Source: Eledone cirrhosa
Taxonomy: Eukaryota
Assembly (NCBI GenBank): GCA_964016885.1
Contig: CAXHJY010001292.1
Coordinates: forward strand, 1-46,315
Length of the DNA stretch: 46,315 nt
Direction: 5' to 3'
Below are positions 28,211-41,635 of this stretch, piece by piece (position 1 is the first letter of the stretch; each line of letters starts with the position of its first letter). The position numbers and the translations under genes are program-made. The notes below the pieces were generated by a model that was not told the DNA's origin, ran no database searches, and was given only the letters and a program-made list of their open reading frames with translations.

Positions 28211-28731
28211 CTCTAGTGACGTATTCATCCACTTAACCCAGCTGACCGTCGATAGAGACATATAGATTAACCCAGCTGTGATTTTAGATCTTTAGTCATA
28301 AAAGCCACAATGAAAGCAATTTATAGGTTAAATGCTAAACTATTATATATTTTTATGGTGTTTATTATGAAAGAACTTAGAAAATATTTTGGTGGACTGA
28401 GAGCTTTAGTGGCTCTACTGGGTAGCTAGAAAGTAAAGTAGTTTAAAAGGCGGCGGAGAAACCGGAAATGTTAGGTGAATAATTTGTGAAGAGGTTTTAA
28501 TAGCTTAGTAAGATTAAAATCTTCTCAAGCTATGTGACTTTTAAGAAAGAAAATAGTTGGTTGATGTAACAGTCGTAGATGCATACCTATGACAAGTCCA
28601 GTCGATTGCTTAGTTCCTAATTGTCTCAAGCATTTAACTATTTCGTATATATGAAGAACATAGTACTTAGTCTAAGAGCTGTCATCCGTTTTCTCTCATT
28701 TTGCTTTCAATTCTTGAGAATGACTGAAAGA

Positions 28732-28761
28732 ATATATATATATATACGTGTGTGTGTGTGT

Positions 28762-28814
<53 letters not shown>

Positions 28815-28995
28815 CGCGTGTAGTTATGTCAGCAAATATTAAACAGTAAACTATTTGAAAAACCATCCACACTTTGAAAAAAATGTACACAAATAAATGG
28901 CTTTGAAGAAAATAGTTTCACCAAAAGTGTAGCCGTAGTGTGTGTGTGTATACACACACACACATATATATATATATACACACTCATATATATAT

Positions 28996-29089
<94 letters not shown>

Positions 29090-29139
29090 TTATATATACA
29101 TATATATATATACACACACTTATATATACATATATATAT

Positions 29140-29190
<51 letters not shown>

Positions 29191-29429
29191 TATATATACA
29201 TATATATATATACACACACACAAACATATATACACATATATATATATACAGACACACATATATATATATATATACAGGCACACACACACACAAACATATA
29301 TACACATATATATATATACAGACACATATATATATAATTGGCAAGTAATTATGTTTGATGTCTCGTTGCTGGCTAAAAACAGTTCCCACAACTATCAACT
29401 CAGTTTACTTACATAAACACACACACAAA

Positions 29430-29502
<73 letters not shown>

Positions 29503-29677
29503 CAAACACCGACATACACACACACAGACAGACACACACACACACACAAACAAACACAGACAGACACACACAAACAAACACAGACACACACACACCTCTC
29601 TCTCTATATATGTAAGTATGTATGCATTTATCTATTTTGAATAGATACATATACCCATTACTGACCGAACATGACGT

Positions 29678-29712
<35 letters not shown>

Positions 29713-29903
29713 GTCTATATATATATATAGAGAGAGAGACATGTATTTATGCGTATAATACACCATCGATATCGATAACGAGTGTTCTCGTTGTCCGACC
29801 AGCGGAACAGCCTGCTCCTGCAACTAACATGCAATTATTTAGCTAAGTCGCACGACTTTACAACACACACTTACAGAGACACACACACACACACACACAC
29901 ACA

Positions 29904-29940
<37 letters not shown>
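28732..29940. repeat. Cluster of (TG)n, (TA)n and (CA)n tracts with short unique spacers and a family B SINE 3' fragment at about 29785-29850
   Basis: Directly visible. cggaacagcctgctcctgcaactaacatgcaa resembles 32900-32935. Confidence 0.9.
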
Positions 29941-30403
29941 GGGGCTAGATTTGATGACATATCAAAACAATTAAGACATGTTGTCGTACATCAATCCAGT
30001 TTTGATTGTTGTTGCAGCACTGTTGTTGTTATTACTGTTGTTGTTGTTTATTCAGAGCAGCCATATCACAGAAGATGTCTAGTATGTTTTTTTTACTGAC
30101 AAATTCCATCTCAAATTACATTAATGTATATTTCGTGATGTTTAAGATGGTAGTGTATGACTCGATGGAGATTTGACTGCTATTTCTAGCAGATCAACCA
30201 AATTCACTGAAGAGGTTTTAGTCAGCTGGAGACTATAGTACAAGACACAGCACTGAGTGATCGAGCTCCAAAATTATGTTTTTACAAATCGAACTTCAAA
30301 CTACACGCATATACATACAACCATGGTAATACATTAAAAATAATAAAAGTATTATTCTAAATTTAACGACTTAGATATAGTGTACAACTGTAACATTTAT
30401 TGT

Positions 30404-30518
30404 CGAAACTGGTGGGTTTCTATCCCACTCTAGAAACGGGTGGGGTTGTATTCCATTCTAGAAACTGGTGGGTTTCTATTCCATTCTAGAAACTGGTGGG
30501 TTTCTATTCCATTCTATC
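30404..30518. repeat. 28-bp tandem repeat, about 4 units
   Basis: tctagaaactggtgggtttctattccat. Confidence 0.9.
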
Positions 30519-30559
30519 TGTAACTTCACCTCTGTTACTAGGTTACCATATTTATCTAC

Positions 30560-31690
30560 AACAACGTGATATTAAAGTATTCATTCTTTAGTTCTCAAAC
30601 TATTCGCTGTGTTTTTTTCTCAAGTTATTTTCTCTCTGTCTTTTGATTTCTTCACATCTTTTGTTAATCCATGTATATTTGGAATCTCTAATTTCCTTCT
30701 TTTATATTCCATTCCTGATGTTTTCTTTTCATATCGCTTCTGTTTCAGATTTCTTCATTCTTTTAATCAACTGATTAAAAGATTTTTTTATGCCAAGATT
30801 CTAAGCTTTCTTCTTTTTTTTCACCCCAAGAAATTTGTTCAGCTTTTATTATTCCTTCAAAGGTATCTGCTAATTCTTGAACATTTCTGTCTAATAATAA
30901 TAATAAAAGTGTAAATTTTTCTCTTATCTGCACTTTAAACTTTGCTCTGATGTTTCGTGTCATTAATTTCTTTTTCAATATCATATTTTATTCTAGAAAT
31001 GTTCTTGTTTTTGACTGATTTATATTTAAATTTTTATTGTCATTATTAAAAAGTTTATAATCGCTGCTTACATCTACACCTGGAAAAACTTGAATTTTAG
31101 TTCCATTAATTCTAGATTGATATCTTTGGTGGGATAGGAATAACATCAATCTTGTTATCATATATCCTTCCAAGAGAATACCTTGTTGTTGTTATTTACT
31201 GTTTGTGCTGATCTATTGCATTTGCTATATTTAGATTGTGTTTTGCAAATTCTAATAATCTTACTTCCCTGTTGATATTTTTCTTTCTTTCCAAGAAATA
31301 TTTACCATTCCAGGTATCAACAGATTCATTCTTTACATCCAACTCACCTTGAATTATAGGCATGTGTATTTGGGATTTGTTCACCATTCATTATTTTTTC
31401 TATCTCTTGATAGAATCTCTTCACTTCATCATCATTGTAATCGGTAGCTGGATCATAAGTTTGAATGATTAGGATGTTGTATGTCTTATTTTGCTCACTT
31501 TTTCTTAAAATCCGTGCACAGCACATTACTCATTATAAAATGTTTCTTTTTTTTGTATCCGCCATGATACCTACAGCCCTTTCCTGCTTCCTTCTCAGTT
31601 ACACCATATTTGATCTCCATTATCAATCGTAAATTTTCCACGTATTGTCCATCTTACTCTAGCAATCCTTATAATATCCATAATTTAATT
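30560..31690 (-). mobile_element. Degenerate AP-endonuclease domain of an RTE-clade LINE
   Basis: Ordered minus-strand motifs DIIRIARVRWT, IIQTYDPATDYNDDEVKRFYQEI, IIQGELDVK (GDFNAK-like), RLLEFAKHNLNIAN and FPGVDVSSDYKL (SDH-like), broken by frameshifts. Confidence 0.88.
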
Positions 31691-32884
31691 GTACTTTACC
31701 AGAATTACACAAGGCCCCCCTCCCACTCCGCTAGCCCCAGTAAAATCTGTTACAAACCGATATCCTTCAACTAAAAATGAAGAGATAGAAACACTGTGCT
31801 ATAGCTTAGCCAAGAAAAGAAAAATAGAAATAAACAGTATGGGTTGTGGACCTCCGAACAGAACGAGTGGTGATTCCTCCAACCACTGAAAGAAACGGGG
31901 TCGTGTGTAAACAGCCTAAAGGATTTATACAGATTTTAAGTGTTTGTTTGGTTCTTTATTATATTCATCCAATTCGTCACAAGAGAAAAACCAGTGGATG
32001 TGACAGCTATTTTAATCCCGAGTAAACCAGGGATAGTATTTACGTTTGATTGTAACATCGTTTAGTGTTTTAATAGGCAGGTAACCTGGTCGAGCCTATA
32101 TCACTACGGTAGGTTTAGTTAGACTTTATAGTTACCCACAACATGACCATTTGAAATTCGAGCGTGAAAAAGAACATATATAGATACATATATAAATGTC
32201 CGCCTCTCAGAGTCTCAATTCTTCCCAGTCTTGCTTCTCATTGCTCTGACTTATATAACTGTTATTATATACCTTATTATATAGCTGTTATTATATACTC
32301 TGATCGATTTAATCAACAATTTCTTGACATTAAAAAGAAAAGAAAATTCAAGGATCTGTCTATTTTAAATTATTTCTACCACGAATTTGTCTTGTTTCAT
32401 GAATATTCTTCCTATTTATTCCAAGCAACTTGGTTAATCGTTAAAAAAGCTAAATGAACAATTTAATGAAATAGATAATTATAAAACACGCAATAGTGTT
32501 TACAATGCACGCAACATAACTGAAAGGAATTGTCTAGTGTCTAAAGCTATGATGTAAGTAGTAAACTCCTGGTAAACCACCAAGACGAGACCGTAACGCA
32601 GTTTTAAATTCCCGAATACAAGCGATTTCCTTTCCTTTAAATTCCTTAGCGCAAGCCATTTCCCTTCTCTAATCGTTCTCCATCACAAGACATTTTATTT
32701 TCATCAAATTCTCCACCACAAACCATTTCACTTCCTTTACGTCTTCAGATATAATATGAAGGTTTATAACTTTACACGTGACACCCAGTTAAAATACGAG
32801 GCATTTGTTGAGATAGAAACATTCTGAAACGAATGTGGTTGACATAATCAATACATCATATCAAATGTTTCAACAACAAATCTA

Positions 32885-33105
32885 TCTGTTGATTTGTTCA
32901 ACGGAACTGTTTGATAGTAAAACTAACATGCAAGTGTCTGAGCATTTCCTAAACGTGTGTACTTTTAACGTAGATCTCAGGGAGATGTCAGCCCAGTAGA
33001 CAGGGGCAATGTGAAATAAAGTGTTTTTCTTCGAAGACACAAAACGTTGCCGGGAATCGAACTCTTGATTGTGAGAGCACTTTAACCATTAAGCTACACA
33101 GCTTT
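32885..33105 (-). mobile_element. SINE family B
   Basis: gcaatgtgaaataaagtgttttt...gacacaaaacgttgccgggaatcgaactc. Confidence 0.75.
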
Positions 33106-33207
33106 TAGACCCCAGATATCAAATAACCACCACCAAAGATAACAGGTATCGTTGTTTTTATAGTTTAGTAGGGAGACAATCTCTCTCTATATGTAACTCT
33201 CTTTCTC

Positions 33208-33268
<61 letters not shown>

Positions 33269-33585
33269 ATATGTGTGTGTGTGAAAGATGAGGGAGCTGC
33301 TAAAGAAATGTAAATCAGTCACTATCCACTACACCTTCCTGTGTTATCGATACTATATCGATTTAATGGTAGGATAGCATTAGAATGGTTGTGTGATGCC
33401 ATCTTGCACCAAACATATTTGTAGCCATCCCAACAGTTACCAACAATATCGCACCAAGTCTGGATTTCAAGGAAAACTCGATGCATGAATCTTATGAATC
33501 TTTTGCCTATGTAAACATATATTCTGGCTTTTCCTGTTTTCTTTTTATGTCTTCCTCCAGCCTCTCACCCTCTCTCTTTATGTTC

Positions 33586-33633
<48 letters not shown>

Positions 33634-34677
33634 ATATATCTCTCTCACGCTCTGTTTCCCCTCCTCTTACTCACATACGCTCATTCATATATATCTGCCA
33701 TATATCTAATTACATATATAAATATTCACATGCATGGCCCCCCACACAAACGGATTCTATATATGAATAGTTTCTTCTATGTTTTCTTAAAACATATTGC
33801 AGGCATGGATCATGATATTACATTAAAAGAAAACAAACAAAACAAACACATTCACACAGACACACATACATACACACAATACATATAAACCCCCCCCCCC
33901 CCAAATACGCAACACACCCACAAAACATGCACCCCCTCAAAAAAAATAAATAAAACAAGAGGTTAGAGCAATAAAAGTGTTAAGTTTATGTACTTTTACC
34001 AAACATTTGGTAAGAATTAAAGACCATAAGAATGGCCCCTACCCCGAGTTTCACAACAGAAAGGAAATTGGAACTATGTTTAATGATTGTCTGTGAAGAG
34101 ATTTTATAATTCCTCCTCGGTCTGACATATTATTCCAAGGTTTAGACCATCGAACTAGTGTAGACAAAACAATGACAAAATACCAGGGGGGTTTCTATTG
34201 TGAAGATAGAAGATTATAAACATAGTAAATAAATATCTTTACTGACTCCACAGAAGTCAGAAAGGGAGAGATCATAGATATGGTTTCGTTGTTGTTGTTA
34301 ACCCTTGTTAATCAACATTATCCAATATGTCCATGTTTTTGTGATGATAGAGTGTAATTTGAGGGAGATATAGCTATCATTTCTAACAGGACAAGCAATA
34401 ATGTAGAATCTATAAAATATTCATTCATTCATTCATTTATTGAGCTCTTAAACTTCTATGGAGTCATAGCGGCAGAGTTGCAACATACAGTCTCTCTTGG
34501 GCAATGGTAAAACCTGCCGGAGCCCAGCCACCTAGACGTCTGACCACAGCCGATATCTTCCAGAGAAAGAATAAGGGGGTTATATATATATATATATATA
34601 TATATTTATTAAATATATATTTATCCTTATCGAGCCCTCTTTGGATTTTAGTTTTCACATTTATTATTATTATTACG

Positions 34678-34862
34678 CACTGGGGTCAATTTCATCGACC
34701 CCCCCCCAATTGCTGGCCTTGTGCCTAAATAAGAAACCATTATTATATATATTATAAAGGCGAGGTTAACTTTGCCTTTCATCCTTACGGGGTCGATAAA
34801 ATAAAGCACCAATAATACACTGGGATAATTGCTAGCCTTGTGCCAAAAGTAGAAACAATTAT

Positions 34863-34868
<6 letters not shown>
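34678..34868 (+). mobile_element. Two tandem family A SINE fragments (long-form 3' end, then a short-form copy)
   Basis: gctggccttgtgcctaaataagaaacc, then gaggttaactttgcctttcatccttacggggtcgataaa...gtagaaacaatt. Confidence 0.88.
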
Positions 34869-34897
<29 letters not shown>

Positions 34898-34903
<6 letters not shown>

Positions 34904-35055
34904 TGTAATAAACAACATAAGGCAATTACTCCATTTACCAGTGGTTTCTTAAAAGCAAAATTCTGAGGATTCTGTGGATTGAAAGCAACATTTTTTGCTT
35001 TTAAGAAACCACTGGTAAATGGAATAATTGCCTTATGTTGTTTATTACATAACTA
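34898..35055. mobile_element. Fold-back MITE-like element with 63-bp arms and a 32-bp spacer
   Basis: 34898-34960 is the reverse complement of 34993-35055 with one mismatch. TA at both ends, adjacent to (TA)n. Confidence 0.85.
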
Positions 35056-35118
35056 TTAAGCTCTGTTACCTACATAGAGCACTTTTTTCCTGGACTTTTC
35101 CGACGGAATTACTTCATT

Positions 35119-35190
<72 letters not shown>

Positions 35191-35199
35191 TGGGAATAA

Positions 35200-35335
35200 T
35201 TGCAGTAATGGACTGTACTCTATGGATCTCGAAAGCGTGAAAAACAAAGTTGTCCTCGGTGGGGTTTGAACAATGGTGTACACCGTTGTATTTTTAATGA
35301 GATACCTTAACGACTCTACCAACGTACTCCTTTTA
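35200..35335 (-). mobile_element. SINE family A, highly degenerate
   Basis: aaacaaagttgtcctcggtggggtttgaac...taacgactctaccaac. Confidence 0.55.
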
Positions 35336-35607
35336 AATTAATGTACGCCCTCTACTTTATTGAGTTATATATACATCGATGTTCCTGAAACTGTTAATAT
35401 ATTAACTGTTAGTTGTTCTATTACAAATTATACTATCTATTTATGGTACACTCACTTACCTATAAGTACTGTTTGTCTTAAAGTCCCAAACATGACTTTT
35501 GATGATCTCTTCTGTCTGTCTGTTGGTGTGTCTCTTCTCCCCCCCCCTCTCTTGAATAACAGTAAATTAAAGTGAATCATTTAATAATTGTTCAGGTTTA
35601 TCATCTC

Positions 35608-35797
35608 ATGTGTTTGTGTATGTGTGTGTGTTTGTGTGTGTGTATTTGTGTGTGTGTATTTGTGTGTGTGTGTGTGTGTATTTGTGTGTGTGTGTGTGTA
35701 TTTTTGTGTGTGTGTGTGTGTGTGTATTTCTGTGTGTGTATTTGTGGGTGGGTGGGTGTTTGTATTTGTGGGTGTGTGTGTGTATTTGTGTGTGTGT
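35608..35797. repeat. (TG)n-rich tract
   Basis: Directly visible. Confidence 0.95.
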
Positions 35798-35894
35798 TCA
35801 CAAAAAACAACACAGTAAATCATTCTAAAGTTTTATTTTTTAAATGAAGGATGTTTAGTTTCGGCTCCGCTCCTCAAATACATTTTTGGACTGG

Positions 35895-35990
35895 AGGAAT
35901 GTGAAATAAAGTGTCTTGATTCAGGACACAACACACCACCGTCGAAAGATGAACTCATGAGCCGAGTACCATAGATACTAAACTACGAAC
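35895..35990 (-). mobile_element. SINE family B fragment
   Basis: gtgaaataaagtgtcttgattcaggacacaac. Confidence 0.7.
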
Positions 35991-37250
35991 TTTCATTTCA
36001 CACTCACTGACGGACACAAACATCACACATACGTACATACACAAATACACTCAATTCGCTATCTATAATAAATAAAATAGAGAGAAATACAAGGAATGTT
36101 ACAGTCAGATGTATTTAGCGATGGAAGAGTAGAAGACGTTGAACACATTAATCCAGAAGAGAAGATAATTAATATCAACTATTTTCGAAATGTAACGTTG
36201 GGTTAGGGAATATGTCTATATAATTCTGGTAGTTTTATTCTATATATTTGTAAATATATTGTGTATATTATATACCCAACAGGATTATTTTTTCTATAAC
36301 TAAGAGACAAAAGCTGCAAATGCTGATAGTTTATGATGTGACATTTCAATATATTAAGATGGCATTTCAAATTTAATAGCTTTCTTATATCATTTTCTTC
36401 AACATGATAACTTCCCTTTGTAACTGACTCCAGTTGCTGATCAAGCGTAACAAAATGGTTACTGCTTACATACACACAAATATACAAATGCATGTATGTA
36501 TACTTAAATATATGTGTCCTCCCCCCTCTCACTATATATATATATATATAACATCTACACCAGAGTATATTCAGTATATGTAGTACGTGTTAGGTATCAC
36601 TACAGTATGCAATCAAAAAGAAATAGACAAACATTAACAGTTGTTTTAAAACTCATTCAGTAAACAGAAATATAAACTTTGACCAGATTCAGTAGGTGGG
36701 GTCGGGTCCGTCCATCATGGATGACACATTTATTCGGGTGTCATTTTCGGGTCTGATGTATATATTCAAGTATGTGAAGGGCCGTGAAGGCGGCAAACTT
36801 AACCGCTGCCATGGCCGGTACATACTCTAAGCCACTGATCTGGTGAGTTTTGACCATGTTAGTCGCAGCTCGTCAGAGGTTGTGCATCCATCTGCCTGTA
36901 TTCAAAAGATATATTCTATACCTCAGCACTACTAACGAAAGATTTCATTAAATCGGAAAACCTGTTTTGCATAAATAGCGCTATGCTGGCAGCTAGGCGA
37001 ATGAATTATTTACTGAAGCATTTAGGAGCGAGTTTCAGGCTAATCTGAATGTAGTTTAGTGTATTTTCTACACCGTACACGTCCATGGTGTGGCTACATT
37101 GAGTGATTGCACACACCAGTCAAATTTAAATAAGTGCCTCCAAAATCTATTGATTGGCAGATAAAGAGGGATCACCCTGAATGGGTTCGATGATCTTATT
37201 TGATAGGATTCATCACCTACTGCATACTAGCCTCTTCCTTTATATATGTA

Positions 37251-37432
37251 TAAGGTAAACAGAAATAACAACACAATCGGTACAATATATGGAAGGGATA
37301 TATTAGGTTAACGCTTGATATAGCAGGAAGAGGGTCTTAACGTTTCGGACGCTAGTCCTTCATCAGAATAAAGAATGAGAAATAAGATAGATTGAGAGGA
37401 CGGGCGGGTTGGAATGGGAAAAAATGTCTTTA
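37251..37432 (-). mobile_element. ~183-bp hammerhead-motif element, best-preserved copy
   Basis: Same boundaries as 7647-7830 and flanked by TA-rich sequence. Confidence 0.78.
37335..37370 (-). ncRNA. Minimal type I hammerhead ribozyme motif
   Basis: UAUU-CUGAUGA-A-GGAC-UAGC-GUCC-GAAAC-GUU-AAGA: intact core, Watson-Crick stem II, palindromic AACGUU. Confidence 0.7.
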
Positions 37433-37439
37433 ATATATA

Positions 37440-37476
<37 letters not shown>

Positions 37477-37859
37477 CTTACTAACAAGGATGTCACTAAA
37501 ATGGAAAACCTCGTTTAAAAATACAGTTTCGTCAAAGCTATAAATCATTGAGTTTGTTTACATCGCTTAGTTGTCTGTACTACATTGAAATAAGTACTTA
37601 CGTACACATATACCTACACCTATGCATACACACACACACACACACACACACACAGATATAAGTGTTTATTTAACTAGCAACTGGAATACAGCAGAGATTT
37701 CGACTGATGTCTTCACATTAAATATCTGAAGGAGATTTGAAAAATAATTATTTAAATAGAAAAATTTTTTAGACGTTGTCTTTGACAACTGACATCAGTT
37801 ATATTTATTTCCTATTGCGACACCACAGCAGTTATACCCCGCCCCACTAATGCGTACAG

Positions 37860-38030
37860 AGACACAAACACACAATACATACATATATATATGTTTGTGT
37901 GTATGTATGTATACACACACACACACACTAACATATATATATATACATATTCTATATATATATACCCGTACACACACACATATATATATATACATATTCT
38001 ATATATATATATATATATATATATACACGT

Positions 38031-38078
<48 letters not shown>
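37860..38078. repeat. Compound (TA)n/(CA)n tract
   Basis: Directly visible. Confidence 0.93.
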
Positions 38079-38084
<6 letters not shown>

Positions 38085-39165
38085 GAGAAGCGTCTGCCGA
38101 AGGCATTTGAAATTAGCTGCTACATTTTCCTCTTCTCAATGCATTGCAACTGACAATATATCTTCAGGAGGAAAAATATTATTAAAGCCAAATTGCTACC
38201 GTCACAAGATTATGTACATGTTTGATGGTTTCTCTTTCAAGCTTACCACTCAAAGTCAGCTGTGAATCTTTTCTGGCCGATTAACAATGATTATTAAATA
38301 GAAAATGAATTAAAAAAAAAATAAAAATAGAAATAATTTAAAGAAAAATATCTTGCTAAGGAATTAACGCTATTTGGAGACGGAACAATTATTTTTAAAA
38401 GTCGGGCAATAACATAACTTGTAAAATGCCAACGAGATGACCTACTTTCGTGAAATAAAAATTAAATTTTTCTTTTCGTCCTCCTGTAACACACAGCTTA
38501 CATTTCAGTCGGAATTTCAGTTCTAGTTGTTGTTGTTGGTAGAGGTTGCAATAGTTTAGGTGATGAATGTTAAGTTTAGCTTTGATAGAAAACGAACAAA
38601 AACATGTGCTGTAGAAAGCATAAGCGAAAGAAACATCTTAAAAATGTTTAAGATTTTACAACTTAAAATCTTTATATCGAACTATAACAATATGATTCTA
38701 CTTTTTATAAAAAAAATGTTTGCCTGCCATTCATAAGATGGAATAATTGAACTAAAATCATCTCTCAATATAGAACTTCTCCTTTTAGACTAAACTAAAA
38801 TGGTGACGATGATGATGGTGGCAGCGATGATGATGGTGGAGGCTGTGAGGATGGAGATGGTGGTGAGGATGGAGATGGTGGTGACGGTGATGAAATGTCG
38901 TAGTCTTTATTATTTCCAATCAGATTGCTCAATGCTTTGATCATAAACTGAATTGCATTATTAACGAGAGAACAGAGTTAACCGAATGTAGCATAAACTT
39001 AGTTAAAATTGTTGAAATGTTATTCCAGATAAAATAAAGGAGAAATATAACGAAAGGAGAGTGGAAATATTTTCTCAAGGGAGATAAATGCTTATGAAAG
39101 GTATGTTTCTTACTTCTCGCGATCATTTATTCTTTTCGTATTTCGACGGAATCCTTCCAAAGACT

Positions 39166-39460
39166 ATATATATATATATCTATATATATATGTGTGTGTG
39201 TGTGTGAATACGTGTGTGTGTGGATGTATATGCGTGTATATATATATATATAGAGAGAGAGATAGAGAGAGGGAGAGAGAGATAGAGAGAGGGAGAGAGA
39301 GAGGAGAGAGAGGGAGAGAGAGAGGGAGAGAGAGAGGAGAGAGAGAGAGGAGAGAGAGAAGAGAGAGAGAGGAGAGAGAGAGGAAAGAGAGAAGAGAGGG
39401 AGAGGAGAGAGAGAGGAGAGAGAGAGGAGAGAGAGAGAGGAGAGAGAGAGGAGGAAGGGA
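39166..39460. repeat. (TA)/(TG)/(GA)n compound tract
   Basis: Directly visible. Confidence 0.95.
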
Positions 39461-39638
39461 TAGAGGGCTTGGATAACCAATATAAAGAGATTTTTTGTGA
39501 TAGGTTGTATCTGAAATGGCGTCAAGAAGTAGAAATTTCTGGATGAGAAGTTGGAAATAATACTAAGTTGTAAGAGCAAATACACTCTCTCACACACACA
39601 CACAGAGGTAAGTACACAGATCTCTCTCGCTCTCTATC

Positions 39639-39680
<42 letters not shown>

Positions 39681-40769
39681 GTATGTATATATAGACCTAC
39701 TCCCACAAAAAGAAACAAAGAAAAAGTGAAAGAATGTTGCTTATGGATTATTTACAACATAACTAAACAGCCGAATAGACTTAGATAATACATTATTGTA
39801 TTCCGATCACGTATGAGGGATTCCGATAGATTTATGAATATATATAACGTCAGTATATATGGGATCTATAACAAATACCATATTACTACATGCACCTCTT
39901 TTCTTCTTCTACTTTGTCTTTATTATTATTATTATGATGATGTCCGCTGAGGTGGTTGTCTGAAGAATGAGGAATCTAAAGAGTAGAATGCGGTGTAGTG
40001 GAGTGTAAGGACAGTATTCAAAATGAAGAAGTGTTTCGTTAGGTTCACCTATTTTCATCTTTCCACATGATGGTACTTTGAGCTTTTAAGGTCGCAATTT
40101 ATTCCAATAATTCCTTTTAAACGGTTCGTAGAAATGAAGTGGCCGAGTGGATACAGTAGAGAGATATAAAACTACTACAGCCGTCTTTCACAATCGAGCA
40201 TGACTTAGTGTTATCATGTACTATCCTATTAATGATTTTAAGTGGCCATGTAGTCGCGAGCAGGTACACAGTTACTTTTGGATGTCTGAAGATTGTGACT
40301 CAGCGGTAGATCCAGGGTGTAATAACTTGAGGGAGGGAGGAGGGGAGAGAAGGGGCAGGGGAGAGAAAGAGAGACAGGGAGGAGGGAGGAGGAGAGTGAA
40401 ATGGCGGGATTTGACATTAGAATGCAGAGAGCCAGAGCAAATATCACAATGCTTATATCTGACATGCTAACATCACATATATACATATATACAATATATT
40501 TATATATATACATTGAAATATGTTTGTTACGAACGAGTCAACGACGGGGTCTCGAGCTTGTAAGATAGCAGCCGAATACACTAAATTTATACTCTACTGT
40601 CTTGAAACAGGCAGAGGAGAGGGGCACGTTAGATAATTTTATTGTGATACAATGTTTGAAAAGGAAACGACGATGTTGTTACGTCTGGATGGCGTCTTTA
40701 ACTCACAGATTTCCTCCTTCAAACATACGGGTGCTTTAATGATAAAATTGATAGACCTATCCTGTCACT

Positions 40770-41010
40770 CTTTTTTCAAAGAGAGTAGGTGGGATTTGAA
40801 CTCAGAAGGTTCAGAGCTGGAATTGTTACAAGTCATCCAGTTCAATGCTGTAATAATTCTACCAAACCCAGCCCTGGACTGTCATTTTATTTGCCGACCC
40901 CGAAAGGATGAAAGTCAAAAATAACATCGAGAAAATGTTGAACTTAGAAGTCTAGAAGCCGGGACAAATACCAAACTATATTTAATCTGATACTTTAACG
41001 AATCAGACAC
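40770..41010 (-). mobile_element. Two degenerate family A SINE pieces
   Basis: gggatttgaactcagaa and cgaccccgaaaggatgaaagtcaaa...gttgaacttagaa. Confidence 0.7.
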
Positions 41011-41517
41011 AATCTTTTGATATTGAAATGTTACAGAAAAATAACGATGCCACTTAAAATGTTACGCATCACGTTGATGATAGCAGTTATTGACCTAATC
41101 GATAATGTAGCAGTTTATTTCAAAATAGGTGACAATGACCTAGTCACTACGTAGCGATTATCGACCTGAAAGTCGATGGATTTCATCTCTTGACTACCAG
41201 CACTACACTACGTCCGTGAAATTGACATGTAACGCCCAACTAGCGAGAGCATTCTAGCGTAAATAGGTGACATCAAGTGGTACATTTCCTTCCTGGTTAA
41301 GTCAGAGAGAAGTAAAGTGCTCCGGTTAAATGGTTAACACTTGATAATAAAAAGTCTGAAACCATCACTTGTTCTACAAGTCAAAGTTGTTTAATTTAAT
41401 GGGTTTATATCCAAAGAACTTTCACCATAACTATGTCAGAACCTTAAGGTATGCCCCAATCACCAACTTAATAATGAGGCACTTTCCGAATTCTTGGTAA
41501 TTTTCGATATATATATA

Positions 41518-41595
41518 ACTGTTTCTACTTTAGGCACAAGGCCAGCAATAACCCAGTGCATTACTGGTACTTTATTTTATCGACCCCGTAAGGAT
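41518..41595 (-). mobile_element. SINE family A, short subfamily, 3' fragment
   Basis: tgtttctactttaggcacaaggccagcaataacccagtgcattactggtactttattttatcgaccccgtaaggat. Confidence 0.9.
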
Positions 41596-41597
41596 AT

Positions 41598-41635
41598 AAC
41601 ATCCCATGGATATATATATATATCCATGGGATGTT
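41598..41635. repeat. Perfect 38-bp palindrome centred on (TA)n
   Basis: aacatcccatgga-tatatatatata-tccatgggatgtt. Confidence 0.95.
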
